Of a stretch of 64,000 bases of DNA, positions 48,701 through 60,395 are shown piece by piece. The notes under the pieces were generated by a model. It searched no databases. It was not told the origin of the DNA and saw only the letters and a list, made by a program, of their open reading frames with translations. The stretch's first letter is position 1; every line of letters starts with the position of its first letter. Source of the DNA: Raillietiella orientalis (lineage: Eukaryota). The stretch covers positions 1 to 64,000 of the forward strand of contig JAYWIR010000133.1 in the NCBI GenBank assembly GCA_036172245.1. The letters run 5' to 3'. The position numbers and the translations under genes are program-made.

Positions 48701-49694
48701 TGTGGCAGAAGCCTGCTGGAAGTTGGTGTGGTGAGTCGTTCCTCGTGCTTGTCGCCTGGACGGGTCGCCATTCAAGGTGGAATGCCACTGATGCAGGGAT
48801 GCAGAGGATTGAAGGCTGCTGGAATTTTCAAGGAGCGTGGCTTCTTGGATGCCAAAACGGCTACAGGTGTTCCGCTTGGATGGCCTCCGCCTGGCGTCTG
48901 GCGATGCGGACTGTCCGTCAGGAGGATGCTTGGTGCCTGGAAACGAGCAGCTGCATTGCGTGGACCTGGGCGAAGGCGGTGGCGCGATGGCGCTCCCCAG
49001 GATTGCGACGTCTGGCTGGCTGCGACGTGAAAGTCCTCGACCAGGGGTGCCAGGTTGTGCGGGCTGCATAGGCAGATGGCATGAAAAAGGAAAACCTCCA
49101 ACCAAGGTTGATGGCTGAGATGTGCACCTTGCGGGTTTGTTGGCTTTCTGAAGGCTCCCATGAGGGTGACTCGTTGCAGATGCGGCTCCCTGCGAATGCG
49201 GACGGAGTGTCCGAGTGGTGACGTGTTCGTCAGGGCACGGAAGGAGTTTGGTAACGTGCATCCCTTTCGGACGAGAGCTTTCGCACTCTGGAAGCATTCG
49301 GTTGGGAGGCATTTTGCTGAGAGCATGCCTGGCAGCTGTAGAGGTGAGTGGTGTTTCGGATTTGAATTTCTCGCTTCCCCCTCCCATTTGCAGTATTTGA
49401 CTTCGAAATAAGGAAAAAGTTCGATTCTGTTTTTAGTATGTTGCAGTGAAAACTGATTGGCATACAGAAGTGGGAGTGTTCAGCATGACCTCTTGTGGTT
49501 TTCATTGGAATGGAATCGAAAGCCGTGACCTAAACTTGTTGCGTGTTATTTACTTGTGGTGCGAAATTTTCTATGTATCTTAACAAACAACGGTGAATGT
49601 GAGCGGAATCCAAAGTTCTATGAAGATCTGTGAATGGAGATGATAAGGTATTTCTGCATTTTTTTGGGTTGTATGACTGTTGCAGCAACCGCGT

Positions 49695-52600
49695 ATGAGA
49701 CTATCAGCAATTGTAATCAAACAAAGTTTCAAATCAAGTTTCATTTGGTTATCAGGTACTTATACGCGGATTGTTTCGATAGAGGGTTGTGTTTTGGGAT
49801 GTTTAGGTTCGTTCGTTTTCATGTAGATACCTGTAAGTATGGTTTTGTGATAGAAAACCGAAATGTCTGTTATAGTGTATACTGGGAGTATTTTCAAGGA
49901 ATCGTATTCATCAATCTTAAATGTACTTACTTCATTTTGTTGCAGAACTTAGTTTTGTTGAAAATTTTCTTTCTAGGAACTGTGGGCAAAGGATGGGCCC
50001 AAGTTACCGATTGTATCTGTGTTCCTCACAATGGAGCAGGAGAAGAGGTATTGAATTGATTTATGGAGGAAGTGTGAATAGAGGTGATGCTGAGGTTGTC
50101 ATGGGAATTGACTTTACAAAAGGAATGTTTGATGTGTATCATAAAGTCAACCCATCAGAAGGAATTGTTGGTTGATATGCCACAAATGCTTATGTGAGTG
50201 AACATTCAATGTTGATGGCTGATTACTTTTCAAGAGAATGTAATCAGTCTATCCATTGAACTGTGGACACCTTTTTGCAGAATAAGCGAGTGAGCATATA
50301 GGCATAGATTGGGTAAGGTGATTGGAGATCTCGAGAATCTTAATTAGCTGTATCTCAATTTCATTAGTGTTCCAGTGGGTGCTCGCAATCGTTCACAAGT
50401 CCTAATGTTTTAACTAATTGCTGTTTGAAGAAGAACTTTGGAAGCAGAGTTAGTAGGAGTTACTTTCTTGTATTTTAACTGGATAGATGCAAAATGATGA
50501 TTCATCAGATTGATTGGTAATGAAGTGAATACTCAGAATTCGCAGTTATTAAACTGAAGCTGTGAAACTGTTACACAGTTTCATGGTGTTTTCTTTGAAA
50601 TGTGCTTTCAATTTGTCTTCCACTGTAGGTGTTGCTGTACATTATGTTGAAACTCTGTTGTTATTTTCTGTTGTGTGTATGGTTATTTGTTATCTTCTTG
50701 TGTTGGAGTTGCAGAGAGAATGCAAAATTGACATGAAACTCCTAGCAAAGAAAGAGTGAAGAAATAAATGATAGTTGAAAATTGAATGCAGTTTCTAAAT
50801 TTTGTTGGTACTCTCAATATAATTTCGGTTGTTGAAGCGATATGCTTTTTGCATTGGTTTCAGTGGGTCAAGTCTGATAGCACATTCAAAAAGATCAGTT
50901 AATGTAGCTTTCCCTTTGAATTTCCGTCCGTGAAACGACTATTGTATTTATCATTGAATATTCATTACTCTTATTTATGTGTGGATAATTTTGGTTTCAG
51001 AATCAAGGAGTTATATTATATGGGAAGAATAACGAATTGGGTTGAAGTCCATGCTCACAAGCATTGATTTGTCTCTGTTTCCCTTTTTCACAGTTCCAAT
51101 AGCACAGAAAACCAAACGCTCTTCTGAAAGGGAACTAACTCCCAGTCAGAGCTGACCCAGATTGCACATGTCACAGGAAATCATGCTAGACACAGTGCTC
51201 AGTTACGTGGAACAAGTCACTTCAGGAGATGCTACTGCAGATGGCTAAATGAATCCTGAAGAATTTGAGGAGATGTTCCAATACCAATGTCAAGGTGAGG
51301 AAACTAACTATCAATGGGCTTCATCTTATTTTGATCAGGATTTGCTGATGGTAATTTATGCAGCTCGGGCGTGTAGCACTTCAGTGTTGGTCAATGAAAA
51401 GCTGTGTTCACTGAATGCTGGAACATGAATAAATTCTCTCGAACAATGTTGGCGTACGAAGTTTTTTATTCATGAGTAAGATACAACTCAAATGGGTAGC
51501 ATTTTCATTTTTAATGTGGATCAAACGCTACGTATGCATGATGAAACATACAAAGAAAAAGTGTTTTGGCAAGAATTGAAGTGTGCCAGCTTCTTAGGAA
51601 ACTTTAGAAAACAGCATGGTGTCTAGCCAATGGAAACATCAGCATGCTTGGTGCTGACAATCTCCTCGTCGAAAGGCTCCCTAATAGTTGACTACATGGT
51701 GTTGCAGGAGTACTGCTGTTGAGATGAGAAACTGACTTGCTGCAGTCCTATATTGATGACAACCTTCATTTTTTCGTGTTTCCTTGGTCATCCACGTGTC
51801 TTGTGAAAGCACAAAACAGTTCAGGCGTGTGTATCCAATTTGTGCTGTGCACGAGTGGAATGTGTCCTTTTTTGCGTGTTGCCAAAAGGAAGAATGAACT
51901 GGATGGTGTGGATGACAGGGGCATGTTGAAACAGTTGTTCTACCTCAAAGTCAGAAGGTGCAACAGAACATTGCTTCATGAACAAGGCGCATCCTCACCG
52001 GCATCTTGTTTAGAAAGACGGAATGGAAAATTGGTTTCTAGATTCTCATGGACAAGGAAGTGAAGAATTCGGCAGCATGGTTTTGGTGGAACGCATAAAT
52101 GCTTAGCGCTTTAGCGTGGGAAATGCCTTTGTTCGGTGGCATTGGTTCCAATAGGTGTTCAGTGGAATAAGGGATGATGCAGCGGTGGGTTGTGATTTTC
52201 TCGTAGTTGGGGTCCTTGTTGAGGAAGATGATGAAGCGAGGTGGACCGTATAATTTAAGGTGACGTTGACATTTTCATGGAGCCCAGCGTTCCGATTTTC
52301 CGGCTTTGCATAATTCCGTAGTTGCTGTGGTCATGTGAGGTCCAGCACAATGATTTTGTCTCCCTTCCCCATGTGGTTGGCGCCGCTCTATTTGCGATTG
52401 GTTACGTGCGGTGCGTAGCATATGATATGTTTAGCTTCTGTGGTGTTTCCCCAGTTACCTTGGTAGTCGGTGTACCAATGTGTATCTCGGTGGTCGGGTT
52501 TTCTTCGCATGAGGTCTGTAGCGTTCTTCGCCGTCGTTGTCATCTTTTGAGGCTCATTGGATTGCTTTGGAGTAGGATTGTCCGAGTCTGTTGCTGTCGA

Positions 52601-53120
52601 TGTTGAAGCCATTCTGTTTATCGAACGGTGGTGGTTCGTTTTCGCAAAACCCTTTTTCTGTTTTTTCCCTCTTTTCTGTATGCGAAGATCTGAAATGAAT
52701 TGTGTACCTTTGTGTTTGTAATCGATGTACTTGATCTTGTATAGTGGGAGGATTTTCGTACGTCGGTAGGCTCCTTTCTCATGGTTGTTGGACTTTTTGC
52801 GTTGAGCATTTCGTTTGGAGGTTTGCACGGGAGCTCTTGACAAACATGGAATTGGTTTTAGAAGACGTATCGTGGAGGGTATTGCTGTTTGGAAGCATCC
52901 CTGGAGGTGAGCGGCTGGTGTTCAGCTTGCTTCTTTACCGAGGATTGCGTGTTTTGCTTTTCGAAGTGACCTTTCCAGTATTTCCTCCGCGGTTGTCCAT
53001 CTGTTTGAGAGGAAGCACCGCTGCGTGCTTTTTGCTTACGTAATGTTGCAACCCTTTGGTGTGTGTGTGTGTGTGTTTTGGTTTTCTACGCTTTTGAAAG
53101 TGCCGAGGTCAGGGTTACCC
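49695..53120 (+). repeat. Dispersed ~3.4 kb direct repeat, copy 2
   Basis: Collinear with 28260-31621. Confidence 0.92.
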
Positions 53121-53899
53121 TGCCCACTATCCAAGTGCTTTTGCTGTTATCAGAAATGTTTCTTTACGTGAACTTCGCCGTAGACGTCGTGTATTGCACT
53201 GTTTCCGATGGCACGTGAACTTATGGGGTTCAATCGGTTTTTGCATTCCAGCGAACAGTGTGTCCGTTTCCGAGATCGACTGGGACTCGTTGCGGAATTG
53301 CAGGAATCATGACGCACTCTTTCTTCCACGATCTCGTGTTCCCAAAAGCTGCAAAGGGGAAGACAGCTTCCACGCTGTCCTTGATGAACGCGCAGGCGAT
53401 TTTCTTCTTGCGCTTGATACGCTGAATAGTTCGTTGGATGGAAATTCCGACTTTTCCCTTGCAGCGTTATTAATCATCTGGAAATCAGAAAGCAGTTCAA
53501 CTTGAGCGCCCAGAGACTGCCCACAGAAGCATGAAAGCTATGTTCGAACGTTCCATTTTGTTGTTCCCGGTTAACCCCAGAACTGCACCCCCTATTCCAA
53601 AAGACGGACACTGATTATTCAATCCACTTACAACACGAAATGGAGAACGTGGTTCACCGCAATTCCTATTCTTCTCGTACCACTTCCCAGCACGAATAGC
53701 ATGGTCAATGCGTCAAAACACGCAATGCACTAACGAGCTAGCCCCTCGCTGGGAACCCAGATGGATGCTCTCTCCGTGGACTTCTTAACCAACAGTCCAC
53801 CACTTGCTCTAAACGATAAATTCTATTTCAAAAACGCTCTGCGGCTTGCGGCACAGATTCCTACCCACTCAACTCGACCCTACGGAAACCCTGGACTTC

Positions 53900-55200
53900 A
53901 ACAGCCTAAATGAGTACCATAAACAGATGACCGCAAAGAAACAAACCTTGTCGAGTGGGAACACTGTAATTTTGACAATGAAGTGACTCATTCTATTCCA
54001 CACTTAGTATTCGCATGTGGTCCTTAGGTCCTTCGCTTTTCCATGCGGCCATCTACCATCCAATCATGGTCTTCACATCCCGCTTTGTACATACTTCACT
54101 GCCTGCATTTCGCTCCCCGAAACAGAAAACCCATGGTAAACACCATCTCCTCTTCTCTGTCCATGCTCCATTCCTCCACCCTCCACCAGATATCCCGTCT
54201 TACTGCATCCATTATCAACCGTCCATGCAAACTTTAGCTCGCAAAACTTTTACTATCCCAGCACAAAGGTCCTCCGTGCAGACTCGTAACTAGAATGGAA
54301 TGACTGTCGAAAACCATCGTCATTAACTCGGTTGACTCCCCCAATGATCTATCGATGAACATCTTCATTGCCTTAGTATTCATCATTATCGAAAATCAAT
54401 CCAGATTTGCCCAATACTCATTCCCATCATCTGCTCCCTTTTTTGCATCCTTCCATTGCAAACTTGCTGAAGCATTCAGCATTCATCTCACATACCATTC
54501 CACGTACCTAGGAAACAAAAACACCGACACTATGTCTCCCCTTCCACTTTTCGAAACCTGGACATCCACCATTCAACGGGTATCCCTCTGTGGTTCAGTC
54601 GCATGTGATCACAGTACCTGGCATATGTGTCCAAATTCGTTCACTCTCCAATACCTAAAGCTCATCTCTCTCCATTTCATGCAGATCTTTGTAAATTAGC
54701 CATGGTCCTCATGCAAACTTACAACTTCACTTCCAGAACCTGTACGTACATGAAAATATCGATGCAATACCAATCCACCAACCATTCCTCCTTCACCAAT
54801 GCACATCCATGATTCATCCTTCATTCTCCATAACCGCCATCCATACCCCTCTCCCTGATCTGTTACGCACGCAAGAAACACACCCGTCTTGCACTCTTCA
54901 GGGTATCTGCGTTGGTGAGCTGCTTGCAAAAGAAAGAATTGTAAAGAGAGTATCGATTTCGAAGAACCCTTTTCACAAGAATACTAAAAATTTTCCATTC
55001 GCTGCATTTTCCTTCCCGGAAGGTTTTTAACTGGCATTCATCTTCTGTTCATATCTTCCCGTTCCGGGCTCACCCAAAATTCGGCTTGAACTCAAACTCT
55101 GTTGAGAAAACCGCAGTACACGCCATAGCAGTACCCCGCTTGAACGCAATTGGTTTCTTAGGAGGGAATGCTGAAAAGAAATCACACTAGTCGGTGTTTC
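53900..55200 (-). mobile_element. Very decayed RT-like fragment (second lineage)
   Basis: GDIVSVFLF..YVE near 54540-54495 resembles QGDxLSxxLF. Shares sequence with 47890-47950. Confidence 0.35.
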
Positions 55201-55264
55201 CCTTCATTCACTAGAAATGCTTCTTTTCGCTGACTTCCCTAATCATTTGCATACCCCCTCCCAT

Positions 55265-57191
55265 TCATTGAGAGCATACAGGGAGACATTGGCAACCCTG
55301 ACGAGCTCGTGTCGCGGCACGCCTGCCGTGTTGGCCTATGCCAACGACCTTCTGCTCCTGCTCCCCGGGTCCACCTCGGCATCGACGCTCGAGGATTTCT
55401 TCGAGCTGCTGAGACGCGGGACAGGCCTCGAGGTGAACAGGACTGAGTAGTCGATCATCTTCTCGGACACGTCGCAGGCAGGGCGGTCGGACTGGATCCT
55501 CTTGGGGATCCCTCCGGGCGGGTACATCAAGAACCTTGGAGTTCCGTTGGGGACTTGTGCATTGCAGAAGCCTGGTGCGACCGTCTTCAAAAAGTGAAGT
55601 CAGCCCGTTCCGGGACGGCAACTTTCACGGGATTCTACACCGCAAGGAAGGGCTGCGGTGTGGAATGCCTTTGCGGCTCCTCTCCTCCACCCTCTACTTC
55701 TTGTGTGCACCGACCCTCCCAAAATTAGGACACGGACAAGGGGCCTTATCAGGAAAGCCCTTTGGAGTAACCGGAGGTCCCACGTCCGACTGACGGACTT
55801 GTGCGCTCCACGCAGCGACGGTGGACTTGTTCTGCGGACGTTGGAGAGCATGGAGCGTCAGCTCCAAATTAGGAAACTTGCCCTTGTGGCAAAATATTGG
55901 ACAGCACCATGGTGTGCGCCCACACGACTCCTCACCCACAGGGCAACCGGCTGCAACAAATTGACGTCAATCCTAGTAGCCAACGACGCTGGACTGAACC
56001 ATTGTGGGTTTCAGCTACGAGACTTGGTGTCCCTGGTTAGGAACAACCCTTGGATCTCCTGCAGTACTCCAAACTGGACTACTTGGCTCCAGGAGTCCGT
56101 TTCCGCGTGGGCAAAAATCAACGTCTCCAGCGATCTGGAGTTCTCCTGGTTCCGTCGTGGCACGAACGCTGGCCAGCCCCTGCGGGAGATGGTTTTCAAC
56201 CCTCAAAAGCTCTTGTGGGCTTCATTCACCTCCCTTGCCGCCGTGCTGCCCTCCCTCAGATAAGCCAGGGACAGCCAAGAGGAGGCATTGTGGGAAGTGT
56301 CCTACCTCATCGGAGGCAGGAGAAAACTGATGAAGGCGTGGACGTCCCGGAAACTAGCGGACGTTACAACCCCGAGTGTCCCGCCAAAAGGAATTGTGAG
56401 ATGGGGCGAGGTGCTCGGCATGCGTCCGGAGGAGGTGAAGTGGCCCCCGGCGTATTGGGACAGTGGCACCCTCCCTTTGGATTGGCAGCAGACGGCGCTG
56501 CTTGTGCTCCATTGGGGACTTTTGAGCAGAGCACGCCTGTCTCACTGGACATTGGGGAGACTGGATGCCCATTGTACAGAGTGTGGGGAAAGGGAGTCCT
56601 TCTCCCACTTACTCATCGAATGTGTTGCGCTCCGCCGAACGTGCGATCGATCCTCGTCGGCACTGAACGTTCCGGTGGGCGACCCTAAAAACATTTTTCG
56701 TCACCTCCTGATGCGGAACTCCCTGCCAGGTGTCGCGTGTGCAGCAGTTCTCTGCTGCATACGCGGAATACTGGACAAGTGGAACGCATCGATAAGAGGT
56801 CGCAGCAGTCGGAATGCCATCCACTTGGCAGTCATCTCCATGGAGAAGGCTTCCCGTTGGCGCCTGCTAAGTAAAATTCTGCCAGCACTTGTTTGCATCC
56901 AGAACTAGATGCAGAGGCCTCCCTAAGGCGTACCGTGAACCCTTCTCTTCCCTCCTCTTTCCATAAACATTGTCCCCCAAGCGTTTTTCTTTTTTTGTTT
57001 TGTTTTGTTTTTCCTCTCTTTTCCGTCCCCTTAGCAAGTGGAGAGGACCTTATCGGCATAAGGGACGGAAAGGACAAGTGCATAAGACAATAAGAACCAT
57101 GTGTTCTTACTGAAACACAAATACAGACGACAGGAAATAATAATTGTACAATTCTTTTAATAATTAATGCACCGGTTTACCCGGGTGAAAA
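55265..57191 (+). mobile_element. 5'-truncated L1/Tx1-like element (RT from just before YxDD to the 3' end)
   Basis: LRAYRETLA...AYANDLLLLLP, WNAFAAPLL, CTECGERESFSHLLIEC. Terminus gcaccggtttacccgggtgaaaaa. Confidence 0.9.
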
Positions 57192-59439
57192 ATCAGCAGC
57201 AGTCCTTTCGGAGAAACTCCACACAACCCATGAAAACAGTGCCAAAAGGATGAATGCAATTCCTTCGGAGTGGAACCATTCATTCATTCTGTTCCACCAT
57301 CCTCAAGTCCGAGGCACGCTGCCTACTGCTATGCTCGGTCACTGCCAATGATGTTCTGCACCAAAACCCCGAAAATGAACTCGTTCGCATTCCTACTAAA
57401 TTAGGGTTCCATCAGTGACGCATGTATTTGGCAAACCAAATTTTATTCATCGTCGCAGAATTAGTAGGCAATGCCCAGCTTCATTGGACGAAAGAAACTC
57501 GCAAACTCTGCTGCTTGAGATAATGACTCGATCACTCAATTTCTTCCACAAAGGATTGCCATCTACTCACTTCTATTGCGTCCCGGACTCCCGGTATTCA
57601 ACCCATCCAGTCTTTTCTCTCGACCTGATCCTTGTGTTCACACTCACTCTGCATACCTCTTTCAGCACTGACAAATACTGCTGACTAAAGAACGAATGGA
57701 ACCACAAAAAAGAATCGTGGGTATGCGCAAAATGATCAAATGGCCTCCCTATCTCTTGAACGTACTTGAATTCCTTCCTTCCCAATCACTTTGCCAAAAT
57801 CCATCCCAAATGCATCACCTTCCTTCCTTAATTGCCACCTGACAATCGCAGGCACTCCGAGAGTCACCATCCACCGTCTCGTTCAACTCAAAGCGCACAA
57901 CATTCTTCGTAGATTCGCGGCCAAGCGATCAAACCCCAGATCAAACGAGACAAACAGTAAGAGAATCTTTCTTCCCCAGCACATTGGCAACATCCAGGAA
58001 AGCATTTTACCTCATTTTCTCATCCACATGTATCTCACCTATCCGCCAGAGTCCTCATCCTCACACCAAATCCCATCACCACTTTTTTTTTCGCGCATCC
58101 GCGGACAACTGAAAAACCGGCAAAACCATGACTGCACCTCAACCCTTCTTACCAACACCATCACCCGAGTCGGCATTCAGCCAAGAATCCTATTTGCAAC
58201 CAGCATTGCACATCTTCCACAACCATGCCGAGTCCGCAATCACGAAAAAGTCCAAAATCAGCAACAAAGTACGATATCCAACCAACATCCCCACCGTTCC
58301 TACCCAAAGACTGTTCGGACAGCACCACACCAACATTCGGCACACACCACAGATACCATCGCGACGCGCCAATGGAGAAACCCCAGCATCCTCACAAAGG
58401 GAAGCATCATCAAAAACCGATATCCTCCCTTACGTAATTCCTCACATCCAAATATCAGCAATCGCCAGCGCGACATCCATGCCGATCATTTCATCTCAGC
58501 GGCATTCAACAAAGTAGCACGCAACCCATCCACATCAATCCTGAGGATAATTCCCCCAATTGCATACCCCACTGCGGAACACGGAACGTGCAATTCCTCC
58601 TCACGTCGAATTCAGCCCTTCCTGCGGAGCCGCGAGTATACCGTCGTAACGACCCTGACTGGACAAGTCGTTGAACGGCTGCATCCCACACACTCCCTGC
58701 TTTAGCACGGTTCTCCGGACAACCGCGACCCACAGTGGCACATGTGCCGGCATTCCTTTCAGCTACGAGGAACTCATGCAACCACATTCTCGAGCTGCTC
58801 GTCAACGGCAACGGTGGAACTGCCCAGCAACATCAACAACATGGAATCCAGGAACCCTTCACAACCGACCACGCAGCAGCCGTCAGCGCGAATGAAACAC
58901 CAACACGACTGTCCCACGGTACACAGCCCTCACTCTCAACGCAAGCAATCGCGAAACAAGAAGGAAGGATTCCGTCCGAAATGAACGCTCACCAGCCAGC
59001 ACCACGGCCACCAGCGCGAGCGTTGCCACCGCAAACAAACATGCCGAAAGCAGAGAACGCTTCTTCGTTCACCTCGTGCGCCCCCGAACGAGCAAGAAAA
59101 GCATAATTCTGAACTCGAAACAGGGACGGATGGAAAAGAAACAGCGTGCGTCTCTCCGGCCTTCTTCACCTCGCAATCGTTCGTTCCTCGCAGCACATCG
59201 TTGCAATTCCCCGTTTCCATGTTACCCGACCATTCCAGGCTGAGGATTCTTCTGCTGTAGCCACGTTTGCAAGAAGCCAAGAAATCGTTTGGGTAATCTG
59301 CGGGCACGGCACACGCCCGATCACTCCCACAGCTACTTTCCCAGTGCTGAGGAAGAGAGATGGGAGCTTAACATGGTCCCGACGCAAGAGTTCTCTTTCC
59401 GATGAGGCCTTTTCCTCCCATCCGTGGCCACCGATGCAC

Positions 59440-59980
59440 AGCGCCCTCTCGTCCTCCGGATTCTGTAGGAACGTCTCGAAACAACCCTAGGGATACCGGC
59501 TCGCGGCAACCCCAGAGACGTTTACAGTCTTCTGTTCGTGCGGAACTCCCTGAGGCTAGCCGCAGCCCCAGAAGCACTTTGCTGCATCCGTGGTATTGTG
59601 GTGGCCTGAAGTGCAGCCGAAGATGAAGATTCCGACGTAACGGACGTCATTCCGTCCGCTGTTCGCTTCCTGCAGATAGCTTCAGGATGGCCCCAGCTGG
59701 GTGGATTAAAGAAGGACCTCGAGGGCATCCTGCAAAGGATGGACCCTCCGCTTAGTGGAATGTGAACCCTTCCCGGCCTTCCAAACTCTTTTTGTTGTTT
59801 CTTATTTTATTTTTGCTTTCTCCCCCATCCACCTACACTGCTGAGGAGAGTCACACCGGGCTGCGTCCCGGCGTCCCGGCGCCCCGTCAGGCCCGTTGTT
59901 GTCTGGCCGTTAGTGGGGCCTTGTACCACGTATGTTGTTTACCACAGGAGAGTTTTAAAAAACGTCCCGGCATGTCCGGG
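59440..59980 (+). mobile_element. 3' fragment of an L1/Tx1-like element
   Basis: LCCIRGIVVA...LEGILQRMD homology to element A, T-rich UTR, terminus aaaaaacgtcccggcatgtccgggtg. Confidence 0.7.
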
Positions 59981-60395
59981 TGGCATCGCCTGGTGGCAGG
60001 TGCGTGCGATATACGTGCGCGGCTTGTCAACGAGGTGTGCGCAGCCATGCACACGCGCAACCGAGGTGCACAGGCGTCGAACATCATACGTCCCATGTTC
60101 CTCGACGACAACCTGTGCGCAAGGGTGGGAAATCGCAGAGCCCTGTTATCAAAGCTGTCCTACCACCCGCGCCTTCTGCTCGACATACACCCGCGAAGAA
60201 GTCCACCCTCTGAAACGTGGCGCCTGCCAGGGGAGTGGTTGCTCCTCTCAGCAGCAGCGGAGCATCTCCACGCGCTTCAGCGAGAATTCCAACATTGGAC
60301 GTGCTCGGACTGGGATGAAATGAAGAGCTCAGTCCGAGAGTTCCCGACCACTTTTTCCTGAACCGTCTTCCTCCAGGTTTTTGCGATAGCCAGAC
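59981..60395 (+). mobile_element. Decayed APE-domain fragment of the same lineage
   Basis: RLVAGA (cf. HLVAGDFN). ETWRLPGEWL...AAEHL...DWDEMKSSVREF matches 8640-8770 and 18225-18300. Confidence 0.7.

Noticed and set aside
37356..57191. Inverted pair 37.4-38.8 kb / 55.7-57.2 kb as ends of a giant DNA transposon
   Set aside because: Both are 5'-truncated copies of one LINE family with different truncation points and unrelated flanks.
57200..59400. Further retroelement relic (FLDVANV, KVMHLG-like fragments, minus strand)
   Set aside because: It is suggestive of a decayed RT, but the motifs are too degraded to set boundaries or clade by eye.
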